In this document: in pieces, positions 1-7,111 of the stretch | How positions within the stretch are numbered: position 1 is the first letter of the stretch | Layout of the letters: the number at the start of each line of letters is the position of its first letter | Assembly: GCA_964291625.2 (NCBI GenBank) | Contig: OZ220089.1 | Coordinates: 1,920,001-1,984,000 of the forward strand | DNA length: 64,000 bases | Origin: Candidatus Latescibacterota bacterium | GTDB lineage: Bacteria; Latescibacterota; UBA2968; UBA8231 | Direction of reading: 5' to 3' | The notes under the pieces: generated by a model | The model's database searches: none | What the model was told of the DNA's origin: nothing | Seen by the model: the letters and a program-made list of their open reading frames with translations, nothing else | Position numbers and translations under genes: made by a program

Positions 1-2132
1 TCGTAGTAGCCGCGGATCAGGTCCCGCTCGAGGCAGATCTGCGGCAGGCCGACGCCGACGACCACGGCCCCCACGAGGCGCTCCCCCGCCAGGTCGATCC
101 CCTCGCCGAAGATGCCGCCCATGACCGCGAAGCCGACGACGGTGGTCGGATTGTCGACCCGGAAGAGACCGAGGAACCGCTCCTTCTGCGCCTCCCCCAT
201 GCCCGGCATCTGGGCCATGGCCAGGGTGCCCGCCGGCGCCAGGGCCTCGAAGCGCGGCAGCACCTCCTGCAGGTACTTGTAGGAGGGGAAGTAGACCATG
301 TAGTTGCCGCGGCGCCCGCCCACGGCGGCGGCGATGGCGGCGGCCACATCGTCGTACGACCGGCCCCGGCCCCGGTAGCTGGTGTCGATGTGGTCGGCCA
401 CCATGACCAGCAGGTTCTCCCGGGGGAAGGGGGAGTCGAGCTGCAGGGTGAAGTCCTCGCGCCCGCCTCCGAGGAGCCGGCGGAAGTAGTCGAGGGGGGT
501 GAGGGTGGCGGAGAAGAAGGTGGCCGAGCGGCCCCGGTCGAGAGCCTGCCCGATGCGGCCCGACGGGTCGAGGCAGAACAGGCGCAGCAGCAGGTCGCCG
601 CGGCCCCGCTTCTCGCCGTAGGTGACGTAGCGGCCGTCGAAGAGGTCGGCCACGCGCAGGAAGGCGGCGATGGCGAAGAACAGGTCGGTCAGGGCCTCGC
701 GCCAGGGCGCCGGACGGTTCCGCGCCAGGACCGGCTCGATCTCGGCCTGGACGCGCGTCAGCAGGGGCAGCAGGTCCTCCGGGGGCTCGCGGTCCAGCCA
801 GCCGCGGCCGTCGCCCTCGTCGTCGCAGCGGCGCAGCTGGGCCGCCAGGTAGAGGTCGAGGGTGCCGAGGACGTGGGCGATGGCCGGCTGCGATTCGCCC
901 AGGGCCTTGATCACCGCCCGCACCTCGCCGCGGCGGACCTCGGCCGAGTACATGTCGCGCGCTCTCTCCACGAGGTTGTGGGCCTCGTCGACGAGGAAGG
1001 CGTAGTCGCCGCTGGACTCGAGGAAGTAGCGCTTGAGGTAGGCCTTGGGATCGAAGACGTAGTTGTAGTCGCAGATGAGGACGTCGGAGAGCAGGGAGAG
1101 GTCGAGGCCCAGCTCGAAGGGGCAGACCGTGTGCCGGCGGGCCGTCTCCTCGATGTGGGTCCGCGTGAAGTCGTCGTGGGTGCGGAAGGCGTCCTCGAGG
1201 GCGTCGTTGACGCGGTCGTAGTAGCCGAGGGCGAACTCGCACGTCTCCATGTCGCAGGGGCGGCCGCCGCGGGCGTTGAAGCAGATGCGGTCGCGGGCGG
1301 TGATCGTGCACGACTTGAGGCGCAGGCCGGAGGCGCGCAGGTCGTCGAGGGCGCTCTCGGCCACGGTGCGGCCGCTGGTCTTGGCGGTGAGGTAGAAGAC
1401 CTTCTCCACCTGTCCCTCGCCCAGGGCCCGCACCGCCGGGAAGAGGACGGAGATCGTCTTGCCGATGCCGGTGGGGGCCATGGCGAAGAGCCGCCCCTCG
1501 GAGGCGATTGTCTCGCGCACCGCCTCGGACAGCTCCTGCTGGCCGGGGCGGTACTCCGCGAAGGGGAAGGCGAGGTCCGCGATCGAGGCGTCCCGCCGGC
1601 CGCACCACTCGTGCCAGGCCCGGGCCCAGTGCAGGTAGCGGCCGACGAGATCGTCGAAGAAGGCGGCCAGCTCCTCCGGCGTGAAGGGGCGCCCGTCCTC
1701 CAGGACCTGGCCGCTGTCGAGCTGCACGTAGGTGAGCCGCACCTCGACGCGCTCCGGCGCCAGATCCTGGGCCAGGATGTGGGCGTAGAGCTTGGCCTGT
1801 CCCCAGTGCAGGGGGTTGTCGGGGCGTTCCTCGAGGGCGCCGTAGGTGGTCTTGATCTCCTCCACCAGCAGGTCGCCGCCGTCGTGGAGGACGCCATCGA
1901 CGCGGCCCGTGATCTCCAGGGACAGGGAGCCGCCGGCGTCGACGGTGCAGCGCACCGGCACCTCGCTGCGGTAGCCCTCCGGCCGCTGGTCCTGCACGAA
2001 GCGGTGGCCCCGCGTGCCCTCGACGGCCCGGTTGGCGGAGAGAAAGGCGGAGCCCAGATCGCCGGAGCGCAGCACGAAGGCGACCAGTTCGCGGACGGGG
2101 ATCTGTACGAGGGTGTCGGTGTCCGGCGCCAT
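1..2132 (-). CDS. PD-(D/E)XK nuclease fused to Fe-S DinG/Rad3(XPD)-family ATP-dependent helicase; runs off the left window edge
   Basis: Manual translation from ATG at 2132 (MAPDTDTLVQIPVRELVAFVLRSGDL...). Motifs: nuclease GRVDG...EEIKT, Walker A APTGIGKT, Cys cluster (RICFN..PCDMETC..CPFE), LVDEAHNL, SATLTP, YFPSYKYL, GGIFGEGIDL. Absent from the ORF track because no stop codon lies in the window. Confidence 0.9.
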   Translation of the reverse strand, partial: MAPDTDTLVQIPVRELVAFVLRSGDLGSAFLSANRAVEGTRGHRFVQDQRPEGYRSEVPVRCTVDAGGSLSLEITGRVDGVLHDGGDLLVEEIKTTYGALEERPDNPLHWGQAKLYAHILAQDLAPERVEVRLTYVQLDSGQVLEDGRPFTPEELAAFFDDLVGRYLHWARAWHEWCGRRDASIADLAFPFAEYRPGQQELSEAVRETIASEGRLFAMAPTGIGKTISVLFPAVRALGEGQVEKVFYLTAKTSGRTVAESALDDLRASGLRLKSCTITARDRICFNARGGRPCDMETCEFALGYYDRVNDALEDAFRTHDDFTRTHIEETARRHTVCPFELGLDLSLLSDVLICDYNYVFDPKAYLKRYFLESSGDYAFLVDEAHNLVERARDMYSAEVRRGEVRAVIKALGESQPAIAHVLGTLDLYLAAQLRRCDDEGDGRGWLDREPPEDLLPLLTRVQAEIEPVLARNRPAPWREALTDLFFAIAAFLRVADLFDGRYVTYGEKRGRGDLLLRLFCLDPSGRIGQALDRGRSATFFSATLTPLDYFRRLLGGGREDFTLQLDSPFPRENLLVMVADHIDTSYRGRGRSYDDVAAAIAAAVGGRRGNYMVYFPSYKYLQEVLPRFEALAPAGTLAMAQMPGMGEAQKERFLGLFRVDNPTTVVGFAVMGGIFGEGIDLAGERLVGAVVVGVGLPQICLERDLIRGYY

Positions 2133-2203
2133 GGGGGGGTGGGAATATAGGCGTTCGCCGCGGGCCGTTGCCGAAGAGGGCGCCACCCCCGATTCTTTCG
2201 CCC

Positions 2204-3271
2204 ATGCCTACTCTAACGATGGACCAGATCGCCGAGGCCGCCGCCTCTCTCTTCATCGCCGCGGGCACCTCCTCCGAGGATGCGCGCACCGTGGCCGGCC
2301 TCCTCGCCGAGGCCAACTGCGCCGGCCACGACTCCCACGGCCTCATCCGCGTCCCCCAGTACCTCGCCGCCATCGAGGACGGCCGCATCGATCCCGCCGC
2401 CGGGACCGAGGTCGTGCGGGAGACGCCGATCACCGCCGTTCTCGACGGCAACCGGGGATTCGGCCAGGTCGCCATGACCCGGGCCGTCGAGCTGGCCTCC
2501 GCCAAGGCGTCGGACCACGGCCTCGCCGCCGTCACCGTGCGCAGCGCCAGCCACATCGGCCGCCTCGGCAGCTACGTGGAGCGCCTCGCCCGCCGCGACC
2601 TGGCGGCCCTGCTGCTGGTCAACGCCGTCGGCATCCCCGCCTACCGCATGGCCCCCTGGGGCGGCACCGAGGCCCGCCTCGCCACCGACCCCCTGGCCTT
2701 CGGGGTCCCCCGCGCCGAGGGCGATCCCGTGGTCCTCGACATGACCACCACCGTCGTGGCCGAGGGCAAGGTGCGGGTCCAGAGCAACCGCGGGGAGCCC
2801 GTCCCCGAGGGCTGGCTGATCGACGCCGAGGGCCGGCCGACGACGGATCCGGACGTCCTCTACGGGGAGCCGGGGGGCAGCATCCTGCCCCTCGGCGGCA
2901 GCGCCGCCGGCCACAAGGGGTACGGCCTCAACGTCGCCCTCGAGCTGCTCGCCGGCGCCTTGAGCGGGACCGGCTGCATCGGCGGCGGTCAGCCCCTCGG
3001 CAACGGCGTCCTGCTGATCGCCCTCGACGTGGAGCGCTTCCTGCCCCTCGACGAGTTCCACCGCCACGCGGAGCGCTTCTTCGCCCACGTGAAGTCGTCG
3101 CCGCCGGCGGCCGGCTTCGACGGGATCCTCCTGCCGGGGGAGATCGAGGGCCGGGTGCAGCGGCGCCGGCAGCAGGAGGGCATCCCCGTCGACGACGAGA
3201 CCTGGCGGCAGGTCCGTCAGTGGGCCGACAAGCTCGGCGTCGACCTGCCCCTCCCGGAGGAGAGCCGATGA
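2204..3271 (+). CDS. Ldh_2 (malate/L-lactate/ureidoglycolate dehydrogenase, YbiC-like) family oxidoreductase
   Basis: Motifs GHDSHGLIRVPQY, SHIGRLGSY, LDMTTTVVAEGK, GHKGYGL, LLPGEIE. Confidence 0.9.
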   Translation: MPTLTMDQIAEAAASLFIAAGTSSEDARTVAGLLAEANCAGHDSHGLIRVPQYLAAIEDGRIDPAAGTEVVRETPITAVLDGNRGFGQVAMTRAVELASAKASDHGLAAVTVRSASHIGRLGSYVERLARRDLAALLLVNAVGIPAYRMAPWGGTEARLATDPLAFGVPRAEGDPVVLDMTTTVVAEGKVRVQSNRGEPVPEGWLIDAEGRPTTDPDVLYGEPGGSILPLGGSAAGHKGYGLNVALELLAGALSGTGCIGGGQPLGNGVLLIALDVERFLPLDEFHRHAERFFAHVKSSPPAAGFDGILLPGEIEGRVQRRRQQEGIPVDDETWRQVRQWADKLGVDLPLPEESR

Positions 3272-4164
3272 TCGTCGACATCCACACCCACCCGCCGAGA
3301 CACCGGGAGCTGCCGCCGGGGGCCGAGCCGGAGCTGAACGACAAGTGGCGCCCCGACCGCCCCGTGAACGTGACCACCACCTGGCAGGACTACTTCGCCG
3401 GCCAGGCGCCGGCCGAGGTCTCGGTCGTCTTCGGCATCGCCATGAGCCCCGGCGGCCCTCCCTACCCCGCGGACCCCGACTGGTCGGAGGGCAACATCAA
3501 CGACGCCGTCACCGAGTTCGCCGCCGCCCACCCCGGCCGGCTCATCGGTTTCGCCGCCGTCCACCCCTTCGACCCGGACTGCCTCGACGAGTTGGAGCGC
3601 TGCCGCGTCGACCTGGGCATGCAGGGCGTCAAGCTCGGCGCCAACTACCAGAACTTCGACCCCCTCGAGCCGCGGGCCCTGGCGATCTACGACTACGCCC
3701 AGCGCCACGGCCTGCCGGTGATGCTGCACCAGGGCACGTCGCCGGTGCAGGACGCGCCGATCCGCTACGCCCATCCCCTCGTCATCGACGAGATCGCCAT
3801 GCGCTACCCGGAGCTGCGCATGATCATGGCCCACCTGGGCCACCCGTGGCAGGTGGAGACCTGCGTCGTCGTCCGCAAGCACCCGAACGTCTACGCCGAC
3901 CTGTCGGCCAACTTCTACCGGCCCTTCTCCTTCTGGGAGCAGATGGTGAAGGCCGCGGAGTGGAACGTCCTCGACAAGATCCTCTTCGGCAGCGACTGGC
4001 CGATCACCGAGGTGGGCGAGTCGATCGAGCGCCTGCGGGCCGTCAACGACACCGTCGAAGGCACGGCCCTGCCCAGGGTGGACCCCGACGCCATCGAGGC
4101 GATCATCGAGCGCGACTCCCTCGGCCTGCTCGGCCTCTCCGCCGACGCGGGAGGAGAGCGATGA
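3268..4164 (+). CDS. Amidohydrolase_2 family metal-dependent hydrolase/decarboxylase
   Basis: MIVDIHTH, GVKL, LHQG, MAHLGHPW, ILFGSDWP; ATG overlaps the upstream stop (ATGA). Confidence 0.9.
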   Translation: MIVDIHTHPPRHRELPPGAEPELNDKWRPDRPVNVTTTWQDYFAGQAPAEVSVVFGIAMSPGGPPYPADPDWSEGNINDAVTEFAAAHPGRLIGFAAVHPFDPDCLDELERCRVDLGMQGVKLGANYQNFDPLEPRALAIYDYAQRHGLPVMLHQGTSPVQDAPIRYAHPLVIDEIAMRYPELRMIMAHLGHPWQVETCVVVRKHPNVYADLSANFYRPFSFWEQMVKAAEWNVLDKILFGSDWPITEVGESIERLRAVNDTVEGTALPRVDPDAIEAIIERDSLGLLGLSADAGGER

Positions 4165-5045
4165 CGGCTGGCGGCGCCCCCGTGAGGCTCGGCGTCATCG
4201 GCGGCTCCGGGGTCTACCAGATGGAGGGCGCCGAGATCGTCGGCGAGCACGAGATCGAGACCCCTTTCGGCCCGCCCTCCGACCTTCTCGTGGAAACCCT
4301 CATCGATGGCCGCACCGTGCTCTTCCTCCCGCGCCACGGCCGCGGGCACCGCCTGCTGCCCTCGGAGGTGCCCTACCGCGCCAACGTCCACGCCATGAAG
4401 TCGGCGGGCGTCACCCACCTGCTGGCGGTCAGCGCCGTGGGCATCATGAAGGAGCACGTCCGCCCCGGCGACATGGTGATCCCCGACCAGATCTTCGACC
4501 GCACCCGCGGCGTGCGGCCGGCCACCTTCTTCGGCGACGGCGTCGCCGGCCACGTGTCGCTGGCCGACCCCTTCTGCCCGGGCGGGCTGACGGCGGCCCT
4601 GGCGGCGGCGGCCCGGGAGTGCGGCGCCACCGTGCACGAGGGCGGCACCTACGTGTGCATGGAGGGTCCCCAGTTCTCGTCGAAGGCGGAGTCCCACTTC
4701 TACCGCCGCGCCGTCGACGCCACGGTGATCGGCATGACCGCCATCCCGGAGGCGAAGCTGGCCCGGGAGGCGGAGATCTGCTACGCCCTGCTGGCCATGG
4801 GCACCGACTACGACTGCTGGCACGAGACCGAGGAGAACGTCTCGGTGGAGACGGTGGTCGAAGTCCTGCGGGCCAACGCCGAGCTGGGCTGCCGCATCGT
4901 GCGCACCCTCTCGGGGCGGCTGCCGCCCGCCGCCGACTGCGAGTGCCACGGCGCCGCGAGGTTCGCCGTGATCACCGCGCCGGAGATGATCAGCCCCGAG
5001 GTCCGGGCGCGGCTGCGGACCCTCTACGGCAGGTACTGGGACTGA
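4161..5045 (+). CDS. mtnP: S-methyl-5'-thioadenosine phosphorylase
   Basis: GVIGGSG, LPRHGRGHRLLPSEVPYRAN, EGPQFSSKAES, GMTAIPEAKLAREAEICY, TDYDCWH. Confidence 0.92.
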   Translation: MTAGGAPVRLGVIGGSGVYQMEGAEIVGEHEIETPFGPPSDLLVETLIDGRTVLFLPRHGRGHRLLPSEVPYRANVHAMKSAGVTHLLAVSAVGIMKEHVRPGDMVIPDQIFDRTRGVRPATFFGDGVAGHVSLADPFCPGGLTAALAAAARECGATVHEGGTYVCMEGPQFSSKAESHFYRRAVDATVIGMTAIPEAKLAREAEICYALLAMGTDYDCWHETEENVSVETVVEVLRANAELGCRIVRTLSGRLPPAADCECHGAARFAVITAPEMISPEVRARLRTLYGRYWD

Positions 5046-5061
5046 GGCGGAGGCAGGCTCC

Positions 5062-6168
5062 ATGGCCCCGGATCCCCTGCGAGTCGCCGCCATCGGCGTC
5101 GGCCGCATCGGCATCTTCCACGCCCGGCACGTGCAGGAGGTGGGAGACGAGACCGGCGCCTGCCGCCTGGTGGCCGTGGCCGACCGCCACGGGGACACGG
5201 CGCAGCGGGCGGCGGCGAGACTGAGCGCCGACGGCCGGGAGCCGGTGGCCGCCTTCGACTCGGCGGAGGCCCTGGCCGAGGCGGGCGTGGCCGATGCCGC
5301 CGTCATCGCCTCGCGAACGCGGGACCACCGGCGCGACACCGAGGCGATGGTCAGCGCCGGCGGCCGGGTGCTGCTCGAGAAGCCCCTGGCCGACTCCCTC
5401 GAGGAGGCCCGCGACCTGGCGGCCTGGCTCGAGGCCGACGAGGCCCGCCGCCGGGCGGTGATGCTCGCCTTCCAGCGGCGCTACGACGAGGCCCTGCTGC
5501 GGGCCCGGGAGCTGCTGCGCGCCAACGCCATCGGCCGCCTCTTCAAGACCGTCTCCGTCCTGGAGGACCCCGAACCGCCGCCCCCGGGATACCAGAGCCC
5601 CGGCCTGCTGGCCGACATGGCCGTCCACAACGCCGACGAGATCCTCTGGCTCGGCGGCGCCACCCCCACGGCGATCACCGGCGTCGGCGCGCGCCTCCAC
5701 AACCAGCGCATCCCCGGCGTCGTGGAGGAGGACTTCGACGACGTCCTCGTGCAGATGTGGTTCGGAGACGAGGCGACGGCGCAGATCCAGGTGAGCCGCA
5801 ACCACGTGGCCGGCTACCGCAACGAGACCTTCCTCTACGGCGCCGAAGGCCTGATCCACGTGGGCCACTTCGACGAGGACCCGCTGCGGGCGCGGGTGCA
5901 TGCCTTCGGCCGCGACCACGAGATCATCGAGCAGCTCGCCTTCGACCTGCGCGACTACGGCGAGCCCGTGCCCGTCTTCATCCGCCGCTTCGGGAATGCC
6001 TACAAGGCCGAGGTGGCCGACTTCGTGGCCCGGTGCCGCGCCGCCGAGCCCTTCGCGGTCACCCACCAGGACGGGCTGCGGGCGATGGAGGTGGTCATCG
6101 CCGGTGCGGGGGCGGTGCGGGGGGCGGGGGAGGCGGCGCCCATCGTGCTGTCCGGCGATGCTACCTGA
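5062..6168 (+). CDS. Gfo/Idh/MocA family oxidoreductase (inositol 2-dehydrogenase-like)
   Basis: IGVGRIG Rossmann motif, LLEKPLA, AFQRRYD, DMAVHNAD. Confidence 0.88.
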   Translation: MAPDPLRVAAIGVGRIGIFHARHVQEVGDETGACRLVAVADRHGDTAQRAAARLSADGREPVAAFDSAEALAEAGVADAAVIASRTRDHRRDTEAMVSAGGRVLLEKPLADSLEEARDLAAWLEADEARRRAVMLAFQRRYDEALLRARELLRANAIGRLFKTVSVLEDPEPPPPGYQSPGLLADMAVHNADEILWLGGATPTAITGVGARLHNQRIPGVVEEDFDDVLVQMWFGDEATAQIQVSRNHVAGYRNETFLYGAEGLIHVGHFDEDPLRARVHAFGRDHEIIEQLAFDLRDYGEPVPVFIRRFGNAYKAEVADFVARCRAAEPFAVTHQDGLRAMEVVIAGAGAVRGAGEAAPIVLSGDAT

Positions 6169-6211
6169 CGACGAAATCTGCCGGCTGGCCGACGAGCTCG
6201 CCCGCCTGACC
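6167..6211 (+). pseudogene. Remnant of a vapB-like antitoxin 5' segment (DDEICRLADELARLT)
   Basis: 37/45 nt identical to 6314-6358 of the adjacent vapB (NDETCRLAGELAHLT). Confidence 0.65.
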
Positions 6212-6250
6212 TCCAATGGTCTGGCGGGTGGCGACAGCGCTGCGTAGAAT

Positions 6251-6283
6251 CAGGGTAGAATCGGCTTTTCCGATTCTACCCTG
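6251..6283. promoter_or_regulatory. Perfect 14-bp inverted repeat upstream of vapB; likely VapBC autoregulatory operator
   Basis: CAGGGTAGAATCGG-ctttt-CCGATTCTACCCTG immediately before the RBS (GGAGG) of vapB; an extra GTAGAATC half-site at 6244. Confidence 0.7.
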
Positions 6284-6295
6284 GGAGGAACGGGA

Positions 6296-6553
6296 ATGAG
6301 CCTGAACATCAAGAACGACGAGACCTGCCGGCTCGCAGGCGAGCTCGCTCACCTGACCGGCGAGACCAAGACGGGAGCGATCACCGTGGCGTTGCGCGAA
6401 CGTCTGGAACGGGAGAAGCGGGAGCGCAGCGTCGAAACCCGCAAGAGGGAGCTTCGCGCCATCGCCGAGCGCTGTGCCCGGCTGCTGGGGCCCGGCCCCT
6501 CTGCGACCGAGCACGGCGATCTGCTCTACGACGAACGCGGATTGCCCGAGTGA
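6296..6553 (+). CDS. vapB: Type II TA antitoxin VapB (Rv0623-like)
   Basis: MSLNIKNDETCRLAGELAHLTGETKTGAITVALRERL...LLYDERGLP; overlaps the toxin gene (GTGA). Confidence 0.9.
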   Translation: MSLNIKNDETCRLAGELAHLTGETKTGAITVALRERLEREKRERSVETRKRELRAIAERCARLLGPGPSATEHGDLLYDERGLPE

Positions 6554-6942
6554 TCGTCGACACCTCGGCCTTGGCGGCCGTCCTCTTCCGCGAGGCGGAT
6601 GCGGAGCGTTACGAGGACGCGATCGCCCGCGCCGAGACCTGCCGCATGTCGGTGGCCAATCTGCTGGAGCTGTTCATCGTCGTGGAGAGCCGCGGCGGCA
6701 CCGCGGCGGGGCAGGAGTGCGACGCCCTTCTGGACAAGGCGGAGATCGATCCGGAACCGGTCACGCCCGAGCATGCACAGCAGGCGAGGCTCGCCTGGCG
6801 GCGCTTCGGGAAGGGCAACCATCCGGCGGCGCTCAACTACGGCGACTGTTTCGCCTACGCTCTGGCGCGCACGACCGGGGAGCCCCTGCTGTTCAAGGGC
6901 GAGGACTTCGCGCGCACCGATATCGAGGCGGCCTCTCCATGA
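6550..6942 (+). CDS. vapC: Type II TA toxin VapC (PIN-domain RNase)
   Basis: MIVDTSALAAVL, RFGKGNHPAALNYGDCFAYALA, LLFKGEDF. Confidence 0.93.
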   Translation: MIVDTSALAAVLFREADAERYEDAIARAETCRMSVANLLELFIVVESRGGTAAGQECDALLDKAEIDPEPVTPEHAQQARLAWRRFGKGNHPAALNYGDCFAYALARTTGEPLLFKGEDFARTDIEAASP

Positions 6943-7041
6943 CGGAAGCACAGATGAACCTCGACTTGGGGGGGAGGCCGAGCGCACGCGCCATCCTCGA
7001 CCGCATCCGCGAGGACAGCCGCGACGAGACCGAGAAGGGGG
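6939..7041 (+). pseudogene. Truncated 5' fragment resembling the N-terminus of an Mrr-like/type ISP restriction-helicase protein
   Basis: ATG overlaps the vapC stop; MTEAQMNLDLGGRPSARAILDRIREDSRDETEKG breaks off at the palindrome AAGGGGGCCCCCTT (7035-7048). Confidence 0.45.
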
Positions 7042-7111
7042 CCCCCTTGGCCCCGGCCAAGGCGAGCCTGGAGGGGCTCAGGTCGGATTTGACGGAGCAC
7101 AATCATCGCCC

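Noticed and set aside
390-2150. 586-aa plus-strand ORF, and similar long antisense ORFs (31823-35248, 40738-44280, 58579-61971, 21723-23984)
   Set aside because: Shadow frames of real opposite-strand genes in very GC-rich DNA; no recognisable motifs
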